From NCBI RefSeq assembly GCF_003334305.1, contig NZ_QOWS01000009.1: a stretch of 64,000 nucleotides of DNA; one strand, given 5' to 3'. The position numbers and the translations under genes are program-made. The notes under the pieces are model-generated. The model was not told the origin of the DNA. It saw nothing but the letters and a program-made list of their open reading frames with translations, and ran no database searches. Position 1 is the stretch's first letter. The number at the start of each line of letters is the position of its first letter. Source of the DNA: Escherichia coli (GTDB lineage Bacteria > Pseudomonadota > Gammaproteobacteria > Enterobacterales > Enterobacteriaceae). Of the stretch, positions 13,768 to 29,693 are shown in pieces.

Positions 13768-15212
13768 CGCTGGATACGCTTAATGTGATGCTGGCCGTCA
13801 GCGAAGAGGGATTGATCGAAGAGATGATCATCGCACTGCTGGCCTCACCGCAGCTGGCGGTCTTCTTTGAAAAATTCCCACGCCTGAAGGCGGCAATCAC
13901 TGATGATGTTCCCCGCTGGCGTGAAGCGCTGCGCAGTCGGCTGAAAGATGCCCGAGTCCCGCCGGAACTCACCGAAGAGGTGATGTGCTATCAGCAAAGC
14001 CAGCTCCTCTCCACGCCACAGTTTATTGTGCAGCTACCACAGATCCTGGACTTACTGCATCGTCTGAATTCTCCATGGGCAGAACAAGCCCGACAGTTGG
14101 TTGATGCTAACAGCACGATCACTTCAGCGTTACACACGCTTTTTCTCCAGCGTTGGCGTTTAAGTCTGATCGTGCAAGCAACGACGTTAAATCAACAGCT
14201 ATTAGAAGAAGAACGCGAACAACTGTTGAGTGAAGTTCAGGAACGCATGACGCTGAGCGGACAACTTGAACCGATTCTCGCAGATAACAATACTGCAGCT
14301 GGTCGTCTGTGGGATATGAGCGCCGGTCAGCTTAAACGTGGCGACTATCAGTTGATTGTGAAATACGGTGAATTTCTTAACGAACAGCCGGAACTGAAAC
14401 GCCTGGCAGAGCAGCTGGGGCGTTCTCGGGAAGCCAAATCAATACCGCGCAACGATGCGCAGATGGAAACCTTCCGCACCATGGTGCGCGAACCGGCGAC
14501 GGTTCCTGAGCAGGTTGATGGTCTGCAACAAAGCGATGATATTTTACGTCTTCTGCCGCCAGAACTGGCGACACTAGGGATAACGGAACTGGAGTATGAG
14601 TTTTACCGTCGGCTGGTGGAAAAACAGTTGCTCACCTATCGCCTGCACGGTGAGTCGTGGCGTGAAAAAGTGATCGAACGTCCGGTGGTACATAAAGATT
14701 ACGATGAACAGCCGCGCGGGCCGTTTATTGTCTGTGTGGATACTTCCGGCTCAATGGGCGGCTTTAATGAACAGTGTGCGAAAGCGTTCTGCCTGGCCTT
14801 GATGCGCATTGCTCTCGCAGAAAACCGGCGCTGCTATATTATGCTATTTTCCACCGAGATCGTCCGTTATGAGCTTTCAGGCCCACAAGGCATCGAACAA
14901 GCAATCCGTTTTTTAAGCCAGCAGTTTCGTGGCGGCACCGATCTTGCCAGTTGTTTTCGCGCCATTATGGAACGCTTGCAAAGCAGGGAATGGTTTGATG
15001 CCGATGCGGTGGTGATTTCTGATTTTATCGCTCAGCGGTTGCCTGACGACGTGACGAGTAAAGTGAAAGAGCTGCAGCGGGTACATCAGCATCGCTTTCA
15101 TGCCGTGGCGATGTCGGCACACGGCAAACCCGGCATCATGCGCATTTTCGATCATATCTGGCGCTTTGATACCGGGATGCGAAGCCGCCTGCTCAGACGC
15201 TGGCGGCGATAA
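13761..15212 (+). CDS. viaA: VWA-domain protein ViaA (483 aa), partner of RavA
   Basis: C-terminal VWA domain with MIDAS-like DTSGSM motif; start overlaps ravA stop by 7 nt. Confidence 0.9.
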
Positions 15213-15216
15213 ATTA

Positions 15217-16209
15217 TTACAGCAGAGAAGGGACGCTCTCGCGAACAGCAGCTGGCCATACTCCACACTGAACCTGGCCGATATGCGGCAGTTGCAGCAG
15301 CAGCATGGTCAAACGAGACTGGCCGATACCGCCGCCGATGGTCTGCGGCATTTCACCGCGCAGCAGCGCCTGATGCCATTCCAGCTGCAGACGATCTTCA
15401 TCACCGGTCAGCGCCAACTGATGCTTCAACGTGTCGGCATCCACGCGGATCCCCATGGAAGAAAGCTCAAACGCATCTTCCAGTACAGGGTTCCACACCA
15501 GAATATCGCCGTTCAGACCCGCATGACCCAGCTCTGACGGGGTGCTCCAGTCATCATAATCCGGTGCGCGCACGTCGTGGCGATGACCATCGCTCAGCTT
15601 GCCGCCAATCCCGACAAGGAATACCGCGCCAAGATCTTTCGCTATCGCCCGCTCACGCCCTTTGGCATCGAGATCCGGATAACGAGACAGTAACTCCTGG
15701 CTGTGTACGAAGTGGATCTGATCCGGCAGGAACGGTGCCAGGCCAAACTCTTCGCTAACCGCAGCTTCGGTTGCTTTAATTCCCGCCCAGATCGCCTCTA
15801 CCGTGCTTTTCAGAGTCGAGAATTGACGCTCACCGTCGCCCATTACGCGTTCCCAGTCCCACTGGTCAACATAGACCGAGTGCAACGGAGAAAGACGGTC
15901 TTCATCGGGGCGAAGGGCTTTCATGTGCGTGTACAGCCCTTCGCCCGCGCTGAAGTCGTGTTGCCCTAAGGTCTGACGTTTCCACTTCGCCAGTGAATGA
16001 ACCACTTCGAACTGGGCATCAGGCAGAACTTTCACTTTTACCTGCACCGCTTTTTCACAGCCCGACAAGTTATCCTGCGTGCCATCCCCCACACGGCTAA
16101 GAATCGGCGCCTGGACTTCGATCAGCCCCAGACGTTCTTCCAGTTGGCGAGAAAAGTGAGATTTCACGAAGCTAATTTGGCGTTGTTTGGCAATGTAAGC
16201 GGTTTTCAT
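15217..16209 (-). CDS. asnA: Aspartate-ammonia ligase / asparagine synthetase A (330 aa)
   Basis: [22 protein letters not shown]..., class II aaRS-like AsnA; divergent from asnC. Confidence 0.93.
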   Translation of the reverse strand: MKTAYIAKQRQISFVKSHFSRQLEERLGLIEVQAPILSRVGDGTQDNLSGCEKAVQVKVKVLPDAQFEVVHSLAKWKRQTLGQHDFSAGEGLYTHMKALRPDEDRLSPLHSVYVDQWDWERVMGDGERQFSTLKSTVEAIWAGIKATEAAVSEEFGLAPFLPDQIHFVHSQELLSRYPDLDAKGRERAIAKDLGAVFLVGIGGKLSDGHRHDVRAPDYDDWSTPSELGHAGLNGDILVWNPVLEDAFELSSMGIRVDADTLKHQLALTGDEDRLQLEWHQALLRGEMPQTIGGGIGQSRLTMLLLQLPHIGQVQCGVWPAAVRESVPSLL

Positions 16210-16360
16210 TTTTTATACTCCTGCGTCCTGTTGCTTATGATTAAGCAACAAAAACCGACACACATGCAATAATCATTCAATAAAAAGCCTAACACACTTT
16301 TGATTCATTAAAAAAGAAGGCTAAAATAGAATGAATCATCAATCTGCATAAGAAAATCCT

Positions 16361-16819
16361 ATGGAAAATTATCTGATCGACAATCTGGACCGTGGCATCC
16401 TGGAAGCATTAATGGGCAATGCGCGCACCGCTTACGCCGAACTGGCGAAACAATTTGGCGTCAGTCCGGGGACGATTCACGTTCGGGTAGAGAAAATGAA
16501 GCAGGCGGGGATCATTACCGGGGCGCGTATTGATGTCAGCCCGAAGCAGCTCGGTTATGACGTAGGCTGCTTTATCGGCATTATATTAAAGAGCGCCAAA
16601 GACTACCCTTCCGCGCTGGCAAAGCTGGAAAGCCTTGATGAAGTCACTGAAGCCTATTACACAACAGGCCACTACAGCATCTTTATAAAAGTAATGTGCC
16701 GTTCGATCGACGCTCTCCAGCATGTACTTATCAACAAGATCCAAACAATTGATGAAATTCAGTCCACCGAGACATTGATCGTCCTGCAAAACCCGATCAT
16801 GCGTACCATCAAGCCATAA
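16361..16819 (+). CDS. asnC: Lrp/AsnC-family transcriptional regulator AsnC (152 aa)
   Basis: ORF MENYLIDNLDRGILEALMGNARTAYAELAKQFGVSPGTIHVRVEKM. Confidence 0.93.
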   Translation: MENYLIDNLDRGILEALMGNARTAYAELAKQFGVSPGTIHVRVEKMKQAGIITGARIDVSPKQLGYDVGCFIGIILKSAKDYPSALAKLESLDEVTEAYYTTGHYSIFIKVMCRSIDALQHVLINKIQTIDEIQSTETLIVLQNPIMRTIKP

Positions 16820-16840
16820 TCGGCTTTTTTAATCCCATAC

Positions 16841-16880
16841 TTTTCCACAGGTAGATCCCAACGCGTTCACAGCGTACAAT
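16841..16880 (+). promoter_or_regulatory. mioC promoter region with DnaA box (TTTTCCACA 16841-16849) and -10 TACAAT (16875-16880)
   Basis: DnaA-box-like 9-mer and an adjacent GATC read directly upstream of mioC. Confidence 0.6.
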
Positions 16881-16908
16881 ACGCCACTCTTAATAAAGGT
16901 GGCGGTTT

Positions 16909-17352
16909 ATGGCAGATATCACTCTTATCAGCGGCAGCACCCTCGGCGGTGCCGAATATGTAGCAGAACACCTGGCTGAAAAGCTGGAAGAGGCGGGTTT
17001 TACCACCGAAACGCTGCACGGTCCGCTGTTGGAAGATTTATCTGCCTCGGGGATCTGGCTGATTATCAGCTCCACCCACGGTGCCGGAGATATTCCGGAC
17101 AACCTTTCTCCTTTCTATGAAGCATTGCAGGAACAGAAGCCCGATCTTTCTGCGGTCCGCTTTGGCGCAATCGGTATTGGTAGTCGTGAATATGACACCT
17201 TTTGTGGGGCTATCGATAAACTCGAGGCAGAACTCAAAAATTCCGGTGCAAAACAGACAGGCGAAACACTGAAGATCAACATTCTTGATCACGACATTCC
17301 GGAAGATCCGGCAGAAGAATGGCTGGGATCGTGGATTAATTTACTCAAATAA
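16909..17352 (+). CDS. mioC: Flavodoxin-like FMN-binding protein MioC (147 aa)
   Basis: ORF MADITLISGSTLGGAEYVAEHLAEKLEEAGF...; lies immediately next to oriC. Confidence 0.93.
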   Translation: MADITLISGSTLGGAEYVAEHLAEKLEEAGFTTETLHGPLLEDLSASGIWLIISSTHGAGDIPDNLSPFYEALQEQKPDLSAVRFGAIGIGSREYDTFCGAIDKLEAELKNSGAKQTGETLKINILDHDIPEDPAEEWLGSWINLLK

Positions 17353-17369
17353 GTATACAGATCGTGCGA

Positions 17370-17630
17370 TCTACTGTGGATAACTCTGTCAGGAAGCTTG
17401 GATCAACCGGTAGTTATCCAAGGAACAACGGTTGTTCAGTTTTTGAGTTGTGTATAACCCCTCATTCTGATCCCAGCTTATACGGTCCAGGATCACCGAT
17501 CATTCACAGTTAATGATCCTTTCCAGGTTGTTGATCTTAAAAGCCGGATCCTTGTTATCCACAGGGCAGTGCGATCCTAATAAGAGATCACAATAGAACA
17601 GATCTCTAAATAAATAGATCTTCTTTTTAA
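17370..17630. other. oriC: Chromosomal replication origin oriC: DnaA boxes R4 (17375-17383), R3 (17413-17421), R2 (17449-17457), R5M (17500-17508), R1 (17555-17563); AT-rich 13-mers R/M/L (17577-17620)
   Basis: TTATCCACA / TTATACACA 9-mers in canonical order and spacing, three GATCTnTTnTTTT-type 13-mers, dense GATC sites, position between mioC and mnmG. Confidence 0.93.
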
Positions 17631-17730
17631 TACCCAAGATCCCAGGTCTTTCTCAAGCCGACAAAGTTGAGTAGAATCCACGGCCCGGGCTTCAATCCAT
17701 TTTCATACCGCGTTATGCGAGGCAATCACC

Positions 17731-19620
17731 ATGTTTTATCCGGATCCTTTTGACGTCATCATCATTGGCGGGGGTCATGCAGGCACCGAGGCCGCGATGG
17801 CCGCGGCGCGTATGGGTCAACAGACTCTGCTTTTGACACACAATATCGACACTCTGGGGCAGATGAGCTGCAACCCGGCGATCGGCGGTATTGGGAAGGG
17901 ACATCTGGTAAAAGAAGTGGATGCACTCGGCGGTCTGATGGCGAAAGCGATCGATCAAGCGGGTATCCAGTTTAGGATACTAAACGCAAGCAAAGGACCG
18001 GCGGTTCGCGCTACCCGAGCTCAGGCGGATCGTGTGCTCTACCGTCAGGCGGTACGTACGGCGCTGGAGAACCAACCGAACCTGATGATCTTCCAGCAGG
18101 CGGTTGAAGATCTTATTGTCGAAAACGATCGCGTGGTCGGTGCTGTTACCCAAATGGGACTGAAGTTCCGTGCCAAAGCCGTCGTGCTCACCGTTGGGAC
18201 GTTCCTCGACGGTAAAATTCATATCGGTCTGGATAATTACAGCGGTGGCCGTGCTGGTGATCCGCCGTCCATTCCGCTTTCTCGCCGTTTGCGTGAACTG
18301 CCGCTGCGCGTTGGTCGTCTGAAAACCGGGACACCACCGCGTATTGATGCTCGAACTATCGACTTTAGTGTGCTGGCGCAACAGCATGGCGATAACCCAA
18401 TGCCGGTATTCTCGTTTATGGGCAATGCGTCCCAGCATCCCCAGCAGGTGCCGTGTTATATCACTCATACCAACGAGAAAACCCATGATGTGATCCGCAG
18501 TAACCTCGATCGTAGCCCAATGTATGCAGGGGTGATCGAAGGTGTCGGCCCACGCTACTGCCCGTCGATCGAAGACAAAGTCATGCGCTTCGCCGACAGA
18601 AATCAGCATCAGATCTTCCTTGAACCGGAAGGGCTGACTTCTAACGAAATTTATCCGAACGGTATCTCCACCAGCCTGCCGTTCGATGTGCAGATGCAAA
18701 TCGTCCGCTCTATGCAGGGGATGGAAAACGCGAAGATCGTGCGTCCGGGTTATGCCATTGAGTATGACTTCTTCGATCCTCGCGACCTGAAACCGACGCT
18801 GGAGAGCAAGTTTATCCAGGGGCTGTTCTTTGCTGGTCAGATTAACGGCACTACCGGTTACGAAGAAGCCGCTGCGCAAGGTTTGCTGGCCGGTCTTAAC
18901 GCTGCCCGTCTGTCTGCTGACAAAGAAGGTTGGGCTCCGGCGCGTTCTCAGGCCTATCTCGGCGTACTGGTTGATGACCTGTGCACTTTAGGAACCAAAG
19001 AACCGTATCGTATGTTTACTTCGCGCGCAGAATATCGTCTGATGCTGCGCGAAGATAATGCGGATCTGCGTTTGACTGAAATCGGTCGTGAACTGGGCCT
19101 GGTGGATGACGAACGTTGGGCGCGCTTTAACGAGAAACTTGAGAATATCGAGCGTGAGCGTCAGCGTCTGAAATCGACCTGGGTAACCCCGTCGGCGGAA
19201 GCTGCAGCCGAAGTGAATGCTCACCTGACTGCGCCGCTTTCCCGTGAAGCCAGTGGTGAAGATCTGCTGCGTCGTCCGGAAATGACTTATGAAAAATTAA
19301 CCACGCTGACGCCGTTTGCCCCTGCGTTGACAGACGAACAGGCGGCGGAACAGGTTGAGATTCAGGTTAAATACGAAGGTTATATCGCGCGCCAGCAAGA
19401 TGAGATCGAAAAGCAGCTGCGTAACGAGAACACCCTGCTACCAGCGACACTGGATTACCGCCAGGTATCCGGTCTTTCTAACGAAGTGATCGCCAAACTT
19501 AACGATCACAAACCGGCCTCTATCGGCCAGGCTTCACGTATTTCTGGCGTCACGCCTGCGGCCATCTCCATTCTGCTGGTGTGGCTGAAAAAACAGGGTA
19601 TGCTGCGTCGTAGCGCATAA
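17731..19620 (+). CDS. mnmG: tRNA uridine-5-carboxymethylaminomethyl modification enzyme MnmG/GidA (629 aa)
   Basis: FAD-binding N-terminus [22 protein letters not shown]; conserved position. Confidence 0.95.
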
Positions 19621-19683
19621 CGCATTAAAAATGCCTGGTAAGCACCCGCTTACCAGGCAACGCATCAAGAACAGGTAATCACC

Positions 19684-20307
19684 GTGCTCAACAAACTCTC
19701 CTTACTGCTGAAAGACGCAGGTATTTCGCTTACCGATCACCAGAAAAACCAGCTTATTGCCTACGTGAATATGCTGCATAAATGGAACAAAGCGTACAAC
19801 CTGACTTCGGTCCGCGATCCTAATGAGATGCTGGTACGCCATATTCTCGATAGCATTGTGGTGGCACCGTATCTGCAAGGTGAACGGTTTATCGATGTCG
19901 GCACCGGTCCTGGACTGCCTGGCATTCCACTCTCTATCGTGCGTCCTGAAGCCCATTTCACTCTGTTGGATAGCCTTGGTAAACGCGTGCGTTTCCTTCG
20001 TCAGGTGCAACATGAGCTTAAACTGGAGAATATTGAGCCAGTACAGAGCAGGGTAGAAGAGTTTCCTTCAGAGCCGCCATTTGATGGCGTAATTAGCCGC
20101 GCTTTTGCCTCTCTGAACGATATGGTGAGCTGGTGCCACCATCTTCCTGGTGAGCAAGGCCGTTTCTACGCGCTGAAAGGGCAAATGCCGGAAGATGAAA
20201 TCGCTTTGTTGCCCGAAGAATATCAGGTCGAATCAGTGGTTAAACTTCAGGTTCCAGCCCTGGATGGCGAACGTCATCTGGTGGTGATTAAAGCAAATAA
20301 AATTTAA
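19684..20307 (+). CDS. rsmG: 16S rRNA m7G527 methyltransferase RsmG/GidB (207 aa); GTG start
   Basis: SAM-binding motif [14 protein letters not shown]; co-transcribed position after mnmG. Confidence 0.93.
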
Positions 20308-20804
20308 TTTTTATCAAAAAAATCATAAAAAATTGACCGGTTAGACTGTTAACAACAACCAGGTTTTCTACTGATATAACTGGTTACATTTAACGCCACG
20401 TTCACTCTTTTGCATCAATAAGATAACGTGGCTTTTTTTGGTAAGCAGAAAATAAGTCATTAGTGAAAATATCAGTCTGCTAAAAATCGGCGCTAAGAAC
20501 CATCATTGGCTGTTAAAACATTATTAAAAATGTCAATGGGTGGTTTTTGTTGTGTAAATGTCATTTATTAAAACAGTATCTGTTTTTAGACTGAAATATC
20601 ATAAACTTGCAAAGGCATCATTTGCCAAGTAAATAAATATGCTGTGCGCGAACATGCGCAATATGTGATCTGAAGCACGCTTTATCACCAGTGTTTACGC
20701 GTTATTTACAGTTTTTCATGATCGAACAGGGTTAGCAGAAAAGTCGCAATTGTATGCACTGGAAAAATATTTAAACATTTATTCACCTTTTGGCTACTTA
20801 TTGT

Positions 20805-20832
20805 TTGAAATCACGGGGGCGCACCGTATAAT
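20805..20832 (+). promoter_or_regulatory. atp operon promoter (-35 TTGAAA 20805-20810, -10 TATAAT 20827-20832, 16-bp spacer)
   Basis: Near-consensus sigma70 hexamers read directly about 90 bp upstream of atpI. Confidence 0.6.
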
Positions 20833-20923
20833 TTGACCGCTTTTTGATGCTTGACTCTAAGCCTTAAAGAAAGTTTTATACGACACGCGGCATACCTCGA
20901 AGGGAGCAGGAGTGAAAAACGTG

Positions 20924-22128
<1,205 letters not shown>

Positions 22129-22156
22129 TTTACCAACACTACTACGTTTTAACTGA

Positions 22157-22431
<275 letters not shown>

Positions 22432-22475
22432 TAAAGAGCAATATCAGAACGTTAACTAAATAGAGGCATTGTGCT

Positions 22476-22946
22476 GTGAATCTTAACGCAACAATCCTCG
22501 GCCAGGCCATCGCGTTTGTCCTGTTCGTTCTGTTCTGCATGAAGTACGTATGGCCGCCATTAATGGCAGCCATCGAAAAACGTCAAAAAGAAATTGCTGA
22601 CGGCCTTGCTTCCGCAGAACGAGCACATAAGGACCTTGACCTTGCAAAGGCCAGCGCGACCGACCAGCTGAAAAAAGCGAAAGCGGAAGCCCAGGTAATC
22701 ATCGAGCAGGCGAACAAACGCCGCTCGCAGATTCTGGACGAAGCGAAAGCTGAGGCAGAACAGGAACGTACTAAAATCGTGGCCCAGGCGCAGGCAGAAA
22801 TTGAAGCCGAGCGTAAACGTGCCCGTGAAGAGCTGCGTAAGCAAGTTGCTATCCTGGCTGTTGCTGGCGCCGAGAAGATCATCGAACGTTCCGTGGATGA
22901 AGCTGCTAACAGCGACATCGTGGATAAACTTGTCGCTGAACTGTAA
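22476..22946 (+). CDS. atpF: F0F1 ATP synthase subunit b (156 aa), GTG start
   Basis: Single N-terminal TM segment followed by a charged coiled-coil region; operon order. Confidence 0.95.
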
Positions 22947-22960
22947 GGAGGGAGGGGCTG

Positions 22961-23494
22961 ATGTCTGAATTTATTACGGTAGCTCGCCCCTACGCCAAAG
23001 CAGCTTTTGACTTTGCCGTCGAACACCAAAGTGTAGAACGCTGGCAGGACATGCTGGCGTTTGCCGCCGAGGTAACCAAAAACGAACAAATGGCAGAGCT
23101 TCTCTCTGGCGCGCTTGCGCCAGAAACGCTCGCCGAGTCGTTTATCGCAGTTTGTGGTGAGCAACTGGACGAAAACGGTCAGAACCTGATTCGGGTAATG
23201 GCTGAAAATGGTCGTCTTAACGCGCTCCCGGATGTTCTGGAGCAGTTTATTCACCTTCGTGCCGTGAGTGAGGCTACCGCTGAGGTAGACGTCATTTCCG
23301 CTGCCGCACTGAGTGAACAACAGCTCGCGAAAATTTCTGCTGCGATGGAAAAACGTCTGTCACGCAAAGTTAAGCTGAATTGCAAAATCGATAAGTCTGT
23401 AATGGCAGGCGTTATCATCCGAGCGGGTGATATGGTCATTGATGGCAGCGTACGCGGTCGTCTTGAGCGCCTTGCAGACGTCTTGCAGTCTTAA
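22961..23494 (+). CDS. atpH: F0F1 ATP synthase subunit delta (177 aa)
   Basis: Sequence and operon order. Confidence 0.95.
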
Positions 23495-23506
23495 GGGGAC
23501 TGGAGC

Positions 23507-25048
23507 ATGCAACTGAATTCCACCGAAATCAGCGAACTGATCAAGCAGCGCATTGCTCAGTTCAATGTTGTGAGTGAAGCTCACAACGAAGGTACTATTG
23601 TTTCTGTAAGTGACGGTGTTATCCGCATTCACGGCCTGGCCGATTGTATGCAGGGTGAAATGATCTCCCTGCCGGGTAACCGTTACGCTATCGCACTGAA
23701 CCTCGAGCGCGACTCTGTAGGTGCGGTTGTTATGGGTCCGTACGCTGACCTTGCCGAAGGCATGAAAGTTAAGTGTACTGGCCGTATCCTGGAAGTTCCG
23801 GTTGGCCGTGGCCTGCTGGGCCGTGTGGTTAACACTCTGGGTGCACCAATCGACGGTAAAGGTCCGCTGGATCACGACGGCTTCTCTGCTGTAGAAGCAA
23901 TCGCTCCGGGCGTTATCGAACGTCAGTCCGTAGATCAGCCGGTACAGACCGGTTATAAAGCCGTTGACTCCATGATCCCAATCGGTCGTGGTCAGCGTGA
24001 ATTGATCATCGGTGACCGTCAGACAGGTAAAACCGCACTGGCTATCGATGCCATCATCAACCAGCGCGATTCCGGTATCAAATGTATCTATGTCGCTATC
24101 GGCCAGAAAGCGTCCACCATTTCTAACGTGGTACGTAAACTGGAAGAGCACGGCGCACTGGCTAACACCATCGTTGTGGTAGCAACCGCGTCTGAATCCG
24201 CTGCACTGCAATACCTGGCACCGTATGCCGGTTGCGCAATGGGCGAATACTTCCGTGACCGCGGTGAAGATGCGCTGATCATTTACGATGACCTGTCTAA
24301 ACAGGCTGTTGCTTACCGTCAGATCTCCCTGCTGCTCCGTCGTCCGCCAGGACGTGAAGCATTCCCGGGCGACGTTTTCTACCTCCACTCTCGTCTGCTG
24401 GAGCGTGCTGCACGTGTTAACGCCGAATACGTTGAAGCCTTCACCAAAGGTGAAGTGAAAGGGAAAACCGGTTCTCTGACCGCACTGCCGATTATCGAAA
24501 CTCAGGCGGGTGACGTTTCTGCGTTCGTTCCGACCAACGTAATCTCCATTACCGATGGTCAGATCTTCCTGGAAACCAACCTGTTCAACGCCGGTATTCG
24601 TCCTGCGGTTAACCCGGGTATTTCCGTATCCCGTGTTGGTGGTGCAGCACAGACCAAGATCATGAAAAAACTGTCCGGTGGTATCCGTACCGCTCTGGCA
24701 CAGTATCGTGAACTGGCAGCGTTCTCTCAGTTTGCATCCGACCTTGACGATGCAACACGTAAGCAGCTTGACCACGGTCAGAAAGTGACCGAACTGCTGA
24801 AACAGAAACAGTATGCGCCGATGTCCGTTGCGCAGCAGTCTCTGGTTCTGTTCGCAGCAGAACGTGGTTACCTGGCGGATGTTGAACTGTCGAAAATTGG
24901 CAGCTTCGAAGCCGCTCTGCTGGCTTACGTCGACCGTGATCACGCTCCGTTGATGCAAGAGATCAACCAGACCGGTGGCTACAACGACGAAATCGAAGGC
25001 AAGCTGAAAGGCATCCTCGATTCCTTCAAAGCAACCCAATCCTGGTAA
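23507..25048 (+). CDS. atpA: F0F1 ATP synthase subunit alpha (513 aa)
   Basis: Walker A GDRQTGKT; operon order. Confidence 0.97.
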
Positions 25049-25098
25049 CGTCTGGCGGCTTGCCTTAGGGCAGGCCGCAAGGCATTGAGGAGAAGCTC

Positions 25099-27371
<2,273 letters not shown>

Positions 27372-27391
27372 CGCCTTAATCGGAGGGTGAT

Positions 27392-27811
27392 ATGGCAATG
27401 ACTTACCACCTGGACGTCGTCAGCGCAGAGCAACAAATGTTCTCTGGTCTGGTCGAGAAAATCCAGGTAACGGGTAGCGAAGGTGAACTGGGGATCTACC
27501 CTGGCCACGCACCGCTGCTCACCGCCATTAAGCCTGGTATGATTCGCATCGTGAAACAGCACGGTCACGAAGAGTTTATCTATCTGTCTGGCGGCATTCT
27601 TGAAGTGCAGCCTGGCAACGTGACCGTTCTGGCCGACACCGCAATTCGCGGCCAGGATCTCGACGAAGCGCGAGCCATGGAAGCGAAACGTAAGGCTGAA
27701 GAGCACATTAGCAGCTCTCACGGCGACGTAGATTACGCTCAGGCGTCTGCGGAACTGGCCAAAGCGATCGCGCAGCTGCGCGTTATCGAGTTGACCAAAA
27801 AAGCGATGTAA
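27392..27811 (+). CDS. atpC: F0F1 ATP synthase subunit epsilon (139 aa)
   Basis: Sequence and operon order. Confidence 0.96.
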
Positions 27812-27829
27812 CACCGGCTTGAAAAGCAC

Positions 27830-27863
27830 AAAAGCCAGTCTGGAAACAGGCTGGCTTTTTTTT
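27830..27863 (+). terminator. Rho-independent terminator of the atp operon (AGCCAGTCTGGAAACAGGCTGGCT followed by T8)
   Basis: GC-rich hairpin plus U-tract directly after the atpC stop. Confidence 0.85.
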
Positions 27864-28161
27864 ACGCGTGATCCGTCCTGAAGAGCGTTCACATAGATCC
27901 TGCTGATATAAAACACCCCTGTTTTCCCGTTTATTCATTGATCGAAATAAGAGCAAAAACATCCACCTGACGCTTAAATGAAGGTACTGCCTTAATTTTC
28001 TGCAGACAAAAGGCGTGACGATGGTCGAAAATGGCACTTTCGTCAGCGGGGATAATCCGTTATTGAACAATTTATCCTCTGTCCATTTCACGATGAAAAA
28101 AATGTAGTTTTTTCAAGGTGAAGCGGTTTAAATTCGTTCTCAAATTACAGTCAGGACGCGT

Positions 28162-29532
28162 ATGTTGAATAATGCTATGAGCGTAGTGATCCTTGCCGCA
28201 GGCAAAGGCACGCGCATGTATTCCGATCTTCCGAAAGTGCTGCATACCCTTGCCGGGAAAGCGATGGTTCAGCATGTCATTGATGCTGCGAATGAATTAG
28301 GCGCAGCGCATGTTCACCTGGTGTACGGTCACGGCGGCGATCTGCTTAAACAGGCGCTGAAAGACGACAATCTTAACTGGGTGCTTCAGGCAGAGCAGCT
28401 GGGTACTGGTCATGCAATGCAGCAGGCCGCACCTTTCTTTGCCGATGATGAAGACATTTTAATGCTCTACGGCGACGTGCCGCTGATCTCTGTCGAAACA
28501 CTCCAGCGCCTGCGTGATGCTAAACCCCAGGGTGGCATTGGTCTGCTGACGGTGAAACTGGATGATCCGACCGGTTATGGACGTATCACCCGTGAAAACG
28601 GCAAAGTTACCGGCATTGTTGAGCACAAAGATGCCACCGACGAGCAGCGTCAGATTCAGGAGATCAACACCGGCATTCTGATCGCTAACGGCGCAGATAT
28701 GAAACGCTGGCTGGCGAAGCTGACCAACAATAATGCTCAGGGCGAATACTACATCACCGACATTATTGCGCTGGCGTATCAGGAAGGGCGTGAAATCGTC
28801 GCCGTTCATCCGCAACGTTTAAGCGAAGTAGAAGGCGTGAATAACCGCCTGCAACTCTCCCGTCTGGAGCGCGTTTACCAGTCCGAACAGGCTGAAAAAC
28901 TGCTGTTAGCAGGCGTTATGCTGCGCGATCCGGCGCGTTTTGATCTGCGCGGTACGCTTGCTCACGGGCGCGATATTGAAATTGATACTAACGTTATCAT
29001 CGAGGGCAACGTGACTCTCGGTCATCGCGTGAAAATCGGCACCGGTTGCGTGATTAAAAACAGCGTGATTGGCGATGATTGCGAAATTAGCCCATATACC
29101 ATCGTGGAAGACGCGAATCTGGCGGCGGCCTGTACCATTGGCCCGTTTGCTCGTCTGCGTCCTGGAGCTGAGTTGCTGGAAGGAGCACACGTCGGTAACT
29201 TCGTTGAGATGAAAAAAGCGCGTCTGGGTAAAGGCTCGAAAGCTGGTCATCTGACTTACCTTGGCGATGCGGAAATTGGCGATAACGTTAACATCGGCGC
29301 GGGAACCATTACCTGCAACTACGATGGTGCGAATAAATTTAAGACCATTATCGGCGACGATGTGTTTGTCGGTTCCGATACTCAGCTGGTGGCCCCGGTA
29401 ACAGTAGGCAAAGGCGCGACCATTGCTGCGGGTACTACTGTGACGCGTAATGTCGGCGAAAATGCATTAGCTATCAGCCGTGTGCCGCAGACTCAGAAAG
29501 AAGGCTGGCGTCGTCCGGTAAAGAAAAAGTGA
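28162..29532 (+). CDS. glmU: Bifunctional GlcNAc-1-P uridyltransferase / GlcN-1-P acetyltransferase GlmU (456 aa)
   Basis: N-terminal nucleotidyltransferase motif LAAGKGTRM and C-terminal hexapeptide repeats. Confidence 0.95.
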   Translation: MLNNAMSVVILAAGKGTRMYSDLPKVLHTLAGKAMVQHVIDAANELGAAHVHLVYGHGGDLLKQALKDDNLNWVLQAEQLGTGHAMQQAAPFFADDEDILMLYGDVPLISVETLQRLRDAKPQGGIGLLTVKLDDPTGYGRITRENGKVTGIVEHKDATDEQRQIQEINTGILIANGADMKRWLAKLTNNNAQGEYYITDIIALAYQEGREIVAVHPQRLSEVEGVNNRLQLSRLERVYQSEQAEKLLLAGVMLRDPARFDLRGTLAHGRDIEIDTNVIIEGNVTLGHRVKIGTGCVIKNSVIGDDCEISPYTIVEDANLAAACTIGPFARLRPGAELLEGAHVGNFVEMKKARLGKGSKAGHLTYLGDAEIGDNVNIGAGTITCNYDGANKFKTIIGDDVFVGSDTQLVAPVTVGKGATIAAGTTVTRNVGENALAISRVPQTQKEGWRRPVKKK

Positions 29533-29693
29533 TTCTGGCCGGGTAATCCGGTCACATGGGATGAGGAGATAACATAATCTCCCTCCCACAAGCAGTAACT
29601 ATAAAAATAACCCCACTCTCTACAAGGCTCGGGGCGCCCGAAAAAACGGGCATACAGGTTGACCGACAACGATATAAATCGGAATCAAAAACT

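Noticed and set aside
17980-18879. 299-aa ORF on the minus strand
   Set aside because: Antisense within mnmG.
22583-23320. 245-aa ORF on the minus strand
   Set aside because: Antisense to atpF/atpH.
23360-25039. 559-aa ORF on the minus strand
   Set aside because: Fully antisense to atpA, which has unmistakable ATP synthase alpha sequence; this is a chance long antisense frame in a GC-balanced, highly conserved gene.
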